Source of the DNA: Octopus sinensis
Lineage: Eukaryota
Length of the DNA stretch: 24,173 nt
Direction of reading: 5' to 3'
Assembly (NCBI RefSeq): GCF_006345805.1
Contig: NW_021825157.1
Coordinates: 1-24,173 of the forward strand
Shown in pieces: positions 1 through 10,042 of the stretch. The notes beneath the pieces are model-generated. The model had not been told where the DNA came from and ran no database searches. It saw only the letters and a list, made by a program, of their open reading frames with translations. How positions within the stretch are numbered: the stretch's first letter is position 1; every line of letters begins with the position of its first letter. The translations under genes and the position numbers were made by a program.

Positions 1-267
1 GTCAACTTTGCCTTTCATCTTTTCGGGGTTACGCACTGGGGTCGATATAATCGACTTAATCCGTTTGTCTGTCCTTGTTTGTCCTCTCTGTGTTTAGCCC
101 CTTGTGGGTAGTAAAGAAATAGGTATTTCGTCTGTTTTTACGTTCTGAGTTCAAATTCCGCCGGGTCGACTTTACATTTCACCCTTTCGGAGTCGATTAA
201 GTACCAGTTGCGTACTGAGTTCGATCTAATCGATTGGCTCCTTCCCCTAAAATTTCGGGCCTTGTGT
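1..267 (+). mobile_element. tRNA-derived SINE family A, partial dimer (5' end outside window)
   Basis: Two units sharing GTCGACTTTGCCTTTCATCCTTTCGGGG and CTGGGGTCGATNTAATCGAC blocks. The second unit starts at the junction AAGAAATAGGTATTTCGTC and has B-box-like GAGTTCAAATTCC. Matches copies at 12135, 18160 and 22728. Confidence 0.85.
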
Positions 268-482
268 ATGTGTCTGGATCTGTGTTAAAACTAGTGTTTA
301 TATGAGCCCCATGATTGAACAGCTCGACAAATCGTCAACGATAAAATGGTGCCAGACTAAAATCCTCCTTGTGGTTGCTATCTTCAGCTTCATTCTGCAA
401 TCCACTACCCAGCGCGGCTGCTGTCCGAGCACGCGAGTGTGTGTAAGCGGGCGCTTGTGTCTGTGCCTATATATAAGCATAA

Positions 483-869
483 GTGGAGGCGCAATAGCCC
501 AGTGGTTAGGGCAGCGGTCTTGCGGTCGTAGGATCGCGGTTTCGATTCCCAGACCGGGCGTTGTGAGTGTTTATTGAGCGAAAACACCTAAAAAGCTCCA
601 CGAGGCTCCGGCAGGGATGGTGGTGATCCCTGCTGTACTCTTTCACCACAACTTTCTCTCACTCTTACTTCCTGTTTCTGTTGTACCTGTATTTCAAAGG
701 GCCGGCCTTGTCACTCTCTGTGTCACGCTGAATATCCCCGAGATCTACGTTAAGGGTACACGTGTCTGTGGAGTGCTCAGCCACTTACACGTTAATTTCA
801 CGAGCAGGCTGTTCCGTTGATCGGATCAACCGGAACCCTCGTCGTCGTAACCGACGGAGTGCTTCCACC
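483..869 (+). mobile_element. Full-length tRNA-derived SINE family B with 12-bp target-site duplication
   Basis: tRNA-like head GTGGAGGCGCAATAGCCCAGTGGTTAGG...GGTTTCGATTCC (A box, B box). Perfect direct repeat ATATAAGCATAA at 471-482 and 870-881 abuts the element. Homologous heads end at 16153 and 16568 on the minus strand. Confidence 0.9.
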
Positions 870-1188
870 ATATAAGCATAAATATGTTTGTTTACACCCG
901 AGGGAACAGAAAGATCATTGATTTTTCCCGATTTTTTTCACTTAGCAGAATGCTATAAACAGCTGTAGAAATTGATGTTGCTTTTCAGAAAATAATTATT
1001 TGTTCATGGGAGTTTATTTTTGAAATTGAAAAAAAAAAAAAAAAAGCTTGTTTTTTATACTTTTATTTTGATTTTATTCCTTTCATATTTTTTATTTTTA
1101 TTTATTAAGGTTTTAAATTAGGTAGTTTTGTGTCATTATATAGAGCATGTTATCTAAGCCTTGGGTTTCCAGTAAAAAATATAATAAA

Positions 1189-1227
1189 TATATATATATA
1201 TATACATATATACATTATAAATACATC

Positions 1228-1259
<32 letters not shown>

Positions 1260-1311
1260 ATATATATTATAATATATAATATATATAATATATATATATA
1301 TATATATACAT
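1189..1311. repeat. Imperfect (TA)n microsatellite
   Basis: Direct reading. Confidence 0.95.
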
Positions 1312-2111
1312 ACACATTATTCTCTATGAAAAGAGAGCGAATAATATTCGTTGCTTGATTAAGTTGATAGCTTCAGGCACCATTAAAACTAAAGCATAAA
1401 GAAAGATAAGATGTTCCATTAACCATTATCAGTTAAACTAGGAAAAACGGTGGTCAATATTGTTAAAATAAACAAAAATAAAACGTGTGCGATAAATTTA
1501 CACTCTGGGTTCAATAGATAAAAGTTACCTCTTAAAACTGGTTGCTCACGACTGGAAGGAAGTATATTTTATAGATGAAGGGACTTCGAAGCAATCATGT
1601 CAAACATTTAAACAGATATGCTCTTAGAAGGTCTCTTAAATATTCGGGATCTATGCTCAGCAGTGTCAGATATGTAAAGCTACAGAAAACAATTTATCAA
1701 GCAGTACATGCGAAAGGACGTTTGTTACTACAAAATGCCATCTTCTAGCAGATGGATCAATATTTCTCTCATCGCAAACAGACAATCGCCTTTGAATCTC
1801 TGAATCTAATCGTTTGCTCTACAACAAGGTCAGACGTGATGGCTTTTAAAGCGTTGCTGTTATTGTTAGTAAATATACTGAATAAATCAATCTACCTGAT
1901 ACCCGAAGGAAGATATTTTACAAAAGGTATGCATCCTTGTTATGCAACAGTTTCCGTTAGATGGTATCGGCAAAAACATAAGTTCACAGCGAATGCTTTC
2001 AAAACACGTTACTACCATCAACTATACTCATTTACATAAGAGTATAAAGAAAACTCTAAATTTGTACCCTAAATCTTCTGGAAACTCTGAGATCCAGCGT
2101 GTGAATGCCTT

Positions 2112-2112
<1 letters not shown>

Positions 2113-2153
<41 letters not shown>

Positions 2154-2265
2154 ATATATGTGTGTGTGGTGTGTGTGGTGTGTGTGTGGTGTGTGGTGTA
2201 TGTATGTATGTAGTATGTATGTATGTATGTATGTATGTATATATATATGTATGTGTGTATGCATA
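2113..2265. repeat. Compound (TA)n/(GTGTG)n/(TATG)n microsatellite
   Basis: Direct reading; source of spurious YI/CV/MYVC ORFs. Confidence 0.95.
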
Positions 2266-2478
2266 TGTTTGTGTGTCTGTGTTTGTCCCCAACAACATCG
2301 CTTGACAACCGATGCTAGTGTGTTTAAGTCCCCGCAACTTAGCGGTTCAGCAAAAGAGAACGATAGAATAAGTACTAGGATTACAGAGAATAAGTCCTGG
2401 GGTCAATTTGCTCGACTAAAGGCGGTGCTCCAGCATGGCCACGGTCAAATGACTGAAACAAGTGAAAGAGTAAAAGAG
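2266..2478 (+). mobile_element. SINE family C, 3' half
   Basis: GTTTGTCCCC...CATCGCTTGACAACCGATGCT...AAGGCGGTGCTCCAGCATGGCC...CAAATGACTGAAACAAGT; homologous to 19943-20348 (-) and 21812-22220. Confidence 0.85.
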
Positions 2479-2487
2479 TATATATAC

Positions 2488-2873
2488 ATTGTTATATTTA
2501 GGAATGGTCATTTTGCCAGTTTAGCCAATAAAAAACACGTACTATATAATTGGTGTGACTTGCTTCAGTGTTATTTATTTTTTACATTAATCTTAATCTT
2601 ATTGTTTTTGGCCAGAGTTCTTTCGTCACACTCCTGTGACCGCATCAGTGGTCCTTTGTTTTCTTCTTTCTTATTTGTGTCTCTCCTTACTAATCGTCAG
2701 CCATTTTGTATTTCTATTGTATGTCTTCATTTGCGCATGCTTATATCTCTATGTGCGTCTATGTTTATTTAGTGTGTGGGTGGGGGGGGATGCCTGTAAT
2801 ATTGTATCTTCTGTTTAATACGTTCATGTAATTTGCTTTGTTGTTGTTGTTTTTGTTTTTATTATTTTGTCAT
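2488..2873 (-). mobile_element. Dispersed ~390-bp repeat family D (Penelope pLTR-like, hammerhead-bearing), copy 1
   Basis: Colinear, highly similar second copy at 23783-24173. Begins next to a TA run and carries a hammerhead-like motif on the minus strand. Penelope assignment is inference. Confidence 0.75.
2610..2654 (-). ncRNA. Minimal type I hammerhead ribozyme variant
   Basis: Minus strand: GGACCA CUGAUGC G GUCACA-GGAG-UGUGAC GAAA G AA C UC UGGCC. Stem I CCA/UGG plus GG/CC, 6-bp stem II, 2-bp stem III (A-U, G-C). A9 is replaced by C. Confidence 0.7.
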
Positions 2874-2906
2874 GTGTTTACATCCACTTATTATCATCAT
2901 TACATT

Positions 2907-3062
2907 GCTTGTATGTATGTTATATGTATGTATGTATGTATTTATGTATGTATGTATGTATGTATGTATGTATGTATGTGTGTATGTATGTATGCATGCA
3001 TGCATGTATGTATGTATGTATGTATGTATGTATGTATGTATGTATGTATGTATGTATGTATA
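2907..3062. repeat. (TATG)n tetranucleotide microsatellite
   Basis: Direct reading. Confidence 0.95.
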
Positions 3063-3120
3063 AGAACAATACTAGTAATAATAATAATAAATAAATTTTA
3101 AAAAATATATATATATATAT

Positions 3121-3350
3121 TTCTCTTATTCTTTTATTCTTTTGCTTGTTTCAGTCATTTGACTGCGGCCATGCTGGAGTACCGCCTTCAGTTGAACAAA
3201 TCGACCCCAGAGCTTATTCTTTGTAAGCGTACTACTTATTCTATCGATCGGTTTTGCCAAACCGCTAAGTTACGGGGACGTAAACACATCAACATCGGTT
3301 TCAAGCAACGGTGGAAGGGAGGGAGGGGCAGGAAACACAGCTACACAAGC
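3121..3350 (-). mobile_element. SINE family C, 3' half
   Basis: Reverse complement of the C tail (CTTGTTTCAGTCATTTGACTGCGGCCATGCTGGAG...CCGCTAAGTTACGGGGACGTAAACAC). Confidence 0.85.
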
Positions 3351-3774
3351 ATGTACATATATGTGTGTATGTGTGTGCGGGCGTGAGCGTGTGTACGTGT
3401 GTACACATACATATGAACACCTTAGAAATATCGCGTACGGAATGTAGAGATGGTTTTGGAAAATATCTACCGAAATATTTTTGCATACACAATAAATGAC
3501 GAATATTCTAATGTCTACAATTGATAAACTCTAGCGAATAGAATTATCTTATCATTACGACTGTCGGATTTTCTCATTTTGTTCTTAGCAGCACATTATC
3601 TAATATCAGTTATCGTATTTGATCATATTAAGATATCATGCTCCAGTTAGCTGAGTGTACCTAACTTGTTGAAGATACAGTACGAGATTTTCAGTTCTTA
3701 ACTATACGGTTCCGACTTCAGTCCTACAGTAGTACCTCGGTTTACGAACGCCTCTGATCACGAATAAATCAATG

Positions 3775-3812
<38 letters not shown>

Positions 3813-3873
3813 CGCCATGATAGATCGTTAGCCACTACACACATTTTTTTCTCTCCTTGTTCTTTCTGTGTCC

Positions 3874-3910
3874 CTTTCTGTGGAAGAGCGTAGGCTCGAA
3901 AACGTAAAAG
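3874..3910 (+). ncRNA. Minimal type I hammerhead-like variant (core CUGUGGA)
   Basis: CUUU CUGUGGA A GAGC-GUAG-GCUC GAAA ACGU A AAAG: stem I CUUU/AAAG, 4-bp stem II, palindromic ACGU in stem III. A6 is replaced by U. Confidence 0.6.
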
Positions 3911-4111
3911 ACTTTTTCTATTCCTGAGCGTTATACTAATACATTTTTTGTTTTGTAAGCCCTGTCTTCGTCTTTGGTTTTGTCTTTTTTTTTTTTAGGT
4001 AGACTCTCCCTATATATATATATATCCCCTTTTTCAACATTGACCTGTCGGAGCACTGCCAGCAATTTTTTTCCCTCTGTCTTCCCTTCTCGGAATCTTT
4101 CCTCCTCCTTT

Positions 4112-4147
4112 GTTTCCGACGAAGAGCTCCGCTCGAAAACGTTAAAC
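4112..4147 (+). ncRNA. Minimal type I hammerhead-like variant (core CCGACGA)
   Basis: GUUU CCGACGA A GAGC-UCC-GCUC GAAA ACGU U AAAC: stem I GUUU/AAAC, 4-bp stem II, palindromic ACGU. U4 is replaced by C. Confidence 0.6.
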
Positions 4148-4325
4148 CCTCCTTTTTCCCTTCTTTCCTGAGCGTCCAATAATACTTTATTTTTTCCACG
4201 GCCTCGCGTTGCTGTGTTTTTTTTTGGTGCTCTTTTGTGTTTTCTTGTTTGGATTAACTATATATATATATATATATAAGACATGATTCATTCGCGCTCA
4301 GAGTTGTTCGAAAACCGAGGTAATA

Positions 4326-4370
<45 letters not shown>

Positions 4371-4399
4371 GTTACGTATGTATATATGTGAGTTTTGGG

Positions 4400-4634
4400 T
4401 CTTGTTTGTCCCCTATCACCACTTGAAACTTGTTTTGTTGTGTGTCTCTGTGGCGTTGTAGTGTGGGTGGGTGTGTTTATGTCCCAGTAAAGTACCGGTT
4501 TTGTCAAAAGATCCCGATAGAATAATTACTAGGCTTAAAAAGTCCTGAAATTCATTTATTTGACTAAAACTTTCAAGGCGGTGCTCTAGCATGGTCACAG
4601 TCAAATGACTAAAATAAATAAAAAGAATAAAAGA
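4400..4634 (+). mobile_element. SINE family C, diverged 3' half
   Basis: GTTTGTCCCC...GATAGAATAATTACTAGG...TTCAAGGCGGTGCTCTAGCATGGTCACAGTCAAATGACT. Confidence 0.75.
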
Positions 4635-4675
4635 CTATATATATGTATATATAATATATTATATATATATATATA

Positions 4676-4723
<48 letters not shown>

Positions 4724-4751
4724 ATATATATATATATATAATATACGGGCT

Positions 4752-4834
4752 AAATTAAGTAACAGTTTGCGTACTGGGGTGATCTAATTGACTCCCACCA
4801 AATTTCAGGCTTGTGCCTTTAGTAGAAAGGATTT
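4752..4834 (+). mobile_element. SINE family A, 3' fragment
   Basis: AAATTAAGTAACAGTTTGCGTACTGGGGTGATCTAATTGAC...AAATTTCAGGCTTGTGCC resembles the 3' end of 1-267. Confidence 0.65.
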
Positions 4835-4856
4835 AGTTTATTATTATATTATTTTA

Positions 4857-4894
<38 letters not shown>

Positions 4895-4898
4895 CACA

Positions 4899-5042
4899 AG
4901 CGGTGAGCTGGCAGAATCGCTTGTACGTCGGGCGAAATGCTTAGCGGCAATTTCGTCTCTCTTCATGTTCTGAGTTCACATTTCGCCAAAGCCGATTTTT
5001 GCCTTTCATCCTTTCGGGGTTGATCAAATAAGTACCAGTTAC
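4899..5042 (+). mobile_element. SINE family A, 5' part
   Basis: GCGGTGAGCTGGCAGAATCG...GGGCGAAATGCTTAGCGG...TTCTGAGTTCA...GCCTTTCATCCTTTCGGGG...AAGTACCAGTT. Confidence 0.85.
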
Positions 5043-5894
5043 TTATGTCTATTACAGAAAGGATTATCATCATCATCATCATTATCATCATTAATAATTC
5101 GCAGAATCTGCACAGCGCTGAAATATAATTTTCTGAGTTCAAATTCTGACGTGATCGCTTTTACCTCTCATTGTCTCAGAGTAAAACACCATATTCCCCA
5201 GCTATACATACGGTCCATTCCATTAACTTTACACATTCTCCTCATTTACCACCCACCTCCCTCCCGCCCGTCCTCATTCACACTCAACCACTTTTCGCCA
5301 ATGCACATAATCTATTATTCAAAAGACTATTTCGGTCTTTTGAAAGGAATTATCCATTGAGATTTAACAATAAATCTTCTCGGCCTTGTAACAGAGAGAG
5401 ATTATTGCAAAATAAAAGCAGTTTTTCAATAATTCATTCATCAGATTCTTTGCTCAAGTGTCTTTCTACTGCCTTATTAGCCGACTTCCTACCTATACAC
5501 TATGGAATTCACCTGGTTGCCAACGTGTTTCAGATCTTTTTTCTCCCTGATGGCTATAAAACGATAATTCTACTCTACACATATTTTACAGTTGGTTACT
5601 ATCACAAACTTCAAAGGCTTATAAGCTTATCTTTATAATGAAATATTCCACTGCTGCACTGTTTTTTTTATTTATTTATCGTTATTCTTCTATTCTCTGT
5701 TATGTATTTCCATGCATTGTTATTTATTGTTCTCGTTATATCTATCTTTCTTTGTAATTCATTTTTACTTTCTTTAGTATTCTTTACTATATACTATTTT
5801 TTTTTCCTGAATAGTAGATACGAAACTATACATTTGTATATCTCTCAGTTGCTCCTCCCTAATTACATCAACTCCTCAATTCCACAATGTCTTA

Positions 5895-5897
5895 AAC

Positions 5898-5961
<64 letters not shown>

Positions 5962-5975
5962 ATATAATATAGTAT

Positions 5976-6030
<55 letters not shown>

Positions 6031-6119
6031 ATATATTATATGTATATATATATATGTATATGATATATGTGTGTGTATATATATAGATGTATATATATAT
6101 ATATATGTATATGTATATA

Positions 6120-6166
<47 letters not shown>

Positions 6167-6210
6167 GTATATATATGTCTATATATATATGTATATATAT
6201 ATATATATGA
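5895..6210. repeat. Long imperfect (TA)n/(TATG)n microsatellite
   Basis: Direct reading. Confidence 0.95.
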
Positions 6211-7109
6211 ATGAATGAAAAAATAAATAGATAAATAAATAATAAAACATGTCTGAACATTCAATTTGATATCAATATTTCCTGCTGTAAAACAGTGTTA
6301 GAATATATCAATATATATTAATCTATATTGGCCTATATATTGCTATACTCTTCTGATATTCGTCTTCCATGAAAACTCACCGTCGTCAATAACAATGGCG
6401 GCTGCAGCTATGATTTAGAATCCAGACAATCAATTCTACTTAGAGACGCTAACGGAATAAGTCAGGATCGATACATACATATATATATATTTATGTCATC
6501 GTAAGTATTTGGGAAATTATACATAACTTTTCAAGTTAGTTGCGAAAAAAATAAAGGAAGATAATTTTGTCGATCGCTGTCGAACTTTCTCCCTCAAAAA
6601 AAAATAAAATTGTTTTGTGTTTATGGGTTAGCAGCAGACGACTTTGTGTCTGGAGATAATTGTCAAAGTTATTATTTCATCGATTTTTTCTTCTCTGATA
6701 TATAGATTATTTTACATTTTTGGCAAAATTTCCCCAAGAATATATTGTGTTTTCACATAGAATAATTAATAATGCCTCGAACACCCACTCACGGACACAC
6801 AGACGGAAGCTATAGGCTTTCTTCGTTCATCTGTACTACAGCATAAACGATGGATCAAAGAACACTTGTGTAACCTCGTAAAGAAGTAAATAAAATGGAA
6901 GATTGAGAGGAAGACAGGCAATATGATCAGAGTTTTTATACAAAAAGGATTCAACAGTAAAACATTTAAAGACTACTCTGGGCAATCTCCGACTGAATTA
7001 ATCGTTTATTTGATATTTTTATCTAAATATTCAATAAACTATGTCCAGAATAACTTCCGAGAGCTAAAAATTCTTTGCACTTTTAAAAGGTCTTCAATAA
7101 CATCAGCCA

Positions 7110-7262
7110 AGTGGAACCGTGGTCAGAAAATTGGAAGGAATGCATTGCAGCATTGCTCTTTCCTGAGTTTCACATCTCTGGGTTCAAATCTTGTCCAGGC
7201 CAACTTCGCTTTCTACCTTTACAAGGATTCATGAATATAGAACTAGTCTTGTACTTGGGGGC
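7110..7262 (+). mobile_element. Highly diverged SINE family A copy
   Basis: CTGGGTTCAAATCTTGTCCAGGCCAACTTCGCTTTCTACC aligns loosely to CTGAGTTCAAATTCCGCCGAGGTCGACTTTGCCTTTCATCC. Confidence 0.5.
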
Positions 7263-7263
7263 G

Positions 7264-7294
<31 letters not shown>

Positions 7295-7296
7295 TA

Positions 7297-7328
<32 letters not shown>

Positions 7329-7426
7329 TATATTATTATTATTATTATAATATTATTATTATTAAGATATTATCATGATTATTATTATATTATTAATTAT
7401 ATTATTATATTATTATTATCATTATC

Positions 7427-7471
<45 letters not shown>

Positions 7472-7548
7472 TTATTATTTATTATTATAATTATATTTAT
7501 TATTATTATTATATATTATTATTATTATTATTTTATTAGTATTATTAT
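7263..7548. repeat. (ATT)n trinucleotide tract
   Basis: Direct reading; would be the (AAT)n tail of the adjacent minus-strand repeat. Confidence 0.95.
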
Positions 7549-8070
7549 TGAGTGAGAGAGCAGTGCATGCCATCAAAATGACACTGGGGTACAAATATAC
7601 GAAGCCCAGTATACCCAACATGACTACCCGTCTGATAAGGGTACACTAGGCACATGCATCACAACCACGTGTGTGCGACATTGATTTCAAATCAAGATAA
7701 ACAGTGCATGACCCCGAAGGTGGGGCCCAGTTAGAATTTTCTTCTGGTTGGGTAGTCAATCCCGCTCAAAAGGGTTCCTGAATAAAGCTTGTTTAAGGAT
7801 AATGAACGAAACACCCATGTTCCCAGAGGTGAACTGTTCAAACCCCAAAAAGAATCCCTCTCAACACATGGCTATGATGCTCTCCCACTACTTCTGCTCG
7901 TGATCAGAGATGCACATATCGTGAGCCTCTAAGGGACATGCTCATCTAGTTACGGTTAAGCAACTAACAAGCAAGTTTATGGTACTGAGCAGAATGTTTG
8001 CTGTAGCCCACCTTTGATACCAAGACAAAACAATGTACATGATACCACTTCCAAACAGTCATCAGGGCAC
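7549..8070 (-). mobile_element. Probable 3' end of a non-LTR retroelement with (AAT)n tail
   Basis: Complex, more GC-balanced block ending (minus strand) ...GCACTGCTCTCTCACTC directly into (AAT)n. Recalled as a common octopus repeat; only one copy in this window. Confidence 0.45.
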
Positions 8071-8137
8071 TTTATTATTATTATTACTATTAATATTATT
8101 ATTATTTATATCATTATTATTATTATTATTATTATTA

Positions 8138-8208
<71 letters not shown>

Positions 8209-8344
8209 GTCATCATCAATCATTATTATTATTATTATTATTATTTTACTATTATTATTATATTATTTATATCATTATTATTATATTATTATTATTATTA
8301 TCATTATTATTATTATCATCATTATCATCATCATCATCATCATC

Positions 8345-8414
<70 letters not shown>

Positions 8415-8506
8415 TATTATTATCATTATTATTATTGTTGCTGTTGCTTCTGCTGCTGCTGTTGTTGTTGTTGTTGTTGTTGTTATTATTATTATTACTA
8501 TTATTA
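8071..8506. repeat. Compound (ATT)n/(ATC)n/(GTT)n trinucleotide tract
   Basis: Direct reading; source of poly-I/L/N ORFs. Confidence 0.95.
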
Positions 8507-8805
8507 AGATGGTGAACTGGAAGACTCATTAACTCACCAGACAAAATGCCAAGCGATATTTTTCCCGGTTCATTACGTTAAGAGCTCAAATCTTGATACA
8601 ATTTTTTAATCCTCGCGGGCTCAATAAATTAATTAAGTTAATGGCTTGCATATAACTTAAACTAAAGTTCATCCACTGAATTACCTGCTACCGTATACCT
8701 TTTACCAAGGACTGTACCTACACAGCTAATCACCAGGTACGCCTTTGGATTTAACCATCCCTTAGAGGTTTTAAACACCTCTAACTTATATCTATGTGTG
8801 TGTGT

Positions 8806-8841
<36 letters not shown>

Positions 8842-8846
<5 letters not shown>

Positions 8847-8999
8847 TCCACCACCACTGCTTTACGAACAGTGTTGGCTTGTTTACGCGCTCGTTAACAA
8901 AGGGAAAGTAAACGACAGAATAAGTACTGGGCTTTTAAAAGAAAATAGGTGCTAGGGTAGATTCGTTCGAGTAAAAACCTTCAAGGCTGTGCCCCAGCA
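8842..8999 (+). mobile_element. SINE family C, diverged 3' fragment after (GT)n
   Basis: GTTTGTCC...GACAGAATAAGTACTGGGCTT...TTCAAGGCTGTGCCCCAGCA. Confidence 0.65.
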
Positions 9000-9622
9000 A
9001 TCTTCTATTTTTATATGTCCCATAGGAAGGTCTAACAACTTCAAATTGATGGTAATATGTATAGTACTATTTTATTTGAATTTTAGGAATCTTAAGCATA
9101 ATATAACCAGTACTTAGCAATCAAATATGTGACGAAAAATTAAAAAAACATTTTGTTAAAATGAAAGATGAAAATTATATCATATCAATTACAGATATAT
9201 TTAATTTTCAAACTACATTTTTAATTGTTCCGTCAGGTTTCTTCATCAGCCTTGCCCCCCACCACTCAGATGAAAGGAAATATAAATTGAACAATTCCAA
9301 TATGTTTTTTTATATTTCTCTTTTTTTACCGTTCTTCAATATCCCCCCTCTCTCTCTCTCTTAATCCTTCTGTGCTTCTCCTCGACCCCTCGTTTTCTCT
9401 CTCTTTCTCTCTTTCTGCCTCTCGCTTCTTGATTTACAATAAAGGCAATAACCTTATATAATGAATCGTTTTTCCGCTAGTCTGTAACGATGAAAAGAAA
9501 TAATGCAGTGACATATATTGAACACAGATATAGAAAATATGAAATATTAAATAAAGTTAGTTTTAATTGTGAAAGCAGAACGTTTGAGAAAATTATGTTT
9601 TCACATCTCCTGTACATTTGAC

Positions 9623-10042
9623 TCATTCCCTTCTGTTATTGTGCCTGACGTCGAATCTGTGCCCATTAAACCTTTTGTTTAATATTTCCGTTGTGCAACC
9701 AACATAAATTAAGTTGTGATTTGTGCATTCTGCAGCGTACGCCAAATGGGAATCTTTACATGTTCCACCTTCTGTATAAATCATAACATTTCTGTTATGA
9801 TTTCTGATGGTATTCACTTCACTCATATTGTTGCACAATGAACAGGGCTTACCTCTCTTGCGGCTGTTCTTTAAGGTACAGCGTATAGATACTCCAAAGT
9901 TCGTTTTCTTGGAGTCAGATATAGAGGTCAATAATTCTCTTATATTCTTATTCCGTCTAAAGGCTACATTAGGCGGCTGAGGAAATATCTGTTTGAGGCG
10001 AGGATATTTTTTCGCCACATGCTGGTAACTTTCATGCAACAC
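9623..10042 (-). pseudogene. Penelope-like element fragment: Cys-rich linker plus N-terminal GIY-YIG endonuclease
   Basis: ORF contains PNVAFRRNKNIRELL, a C-x11-C-x2-C linker, TC.DSHLAYAAEC...IYVGCT and LNKRFNGHRFDV, typical of PLE (Neptune-type) GIY-YIG regions. It is truncated before the C-terminal E/GLN motifs and has an in-frame TGA just upstream. Confidence 0.85.

Larger units (their letters stand above)
3727..4328. mobile_element. Tigger/pogo-like (Tc1/mariner superfamily) MITE with nested insertions
   Basis: 54-bp inverted arms 3727-3780 and 4275-4328 (44/54 matches by manual alignment) starting CAGTAGTACCTCGG, a Tigger-style TIR. Flanked by TA at 3725-3726 and 4329-4330. Confidence 0.75.

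Noticed and set aside
290-470. GC-richer unique patch that could be a coding exon
   Set aside because: Short frames with no recognisable motif or clear splice-site pair.
483-560. tRNA gene calls for SINE heads (also 16464-16568, 18160, 23399)
   Set aside because: A and B boxes run into SINE bodies with no canonical cloverleaf or terminator; these are SINE heads, not tRNAs.
1942-3101. Long ORFs (276 aa and others) rich in YI/CV/MYVC
   Set aside because: They are translations of microsatellites, SINE C and repeat D; no protein-like composition.
5171-5638. 155-aa ORF in non-repetitive-looking DNA
   Set aside because: No recognisable motif, it starts at TTG, and no homologue can be recalled; it may be decayed TE sequence.
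8014-8544. Poly-I/L/N/S ORFs; also poly-P/T/V at 19204-19661, poly-Q at 15930-16250 and S/L/P-rich at 16752-17493
   Set aside because: Trinucleotide and low-complexity repeats lacking stop codons by composition; no splice or domain support.
9235-9260. Minus-strand CUGAUGA downstream of the Penelope fragment (also CUGAUGA at 12045, 5438 and 8059 minus)
   Set aside because: No convincing stem I/II/III set. 12045 lies inside the LINE CCHC codons, and 8059 is at a repeat edge.
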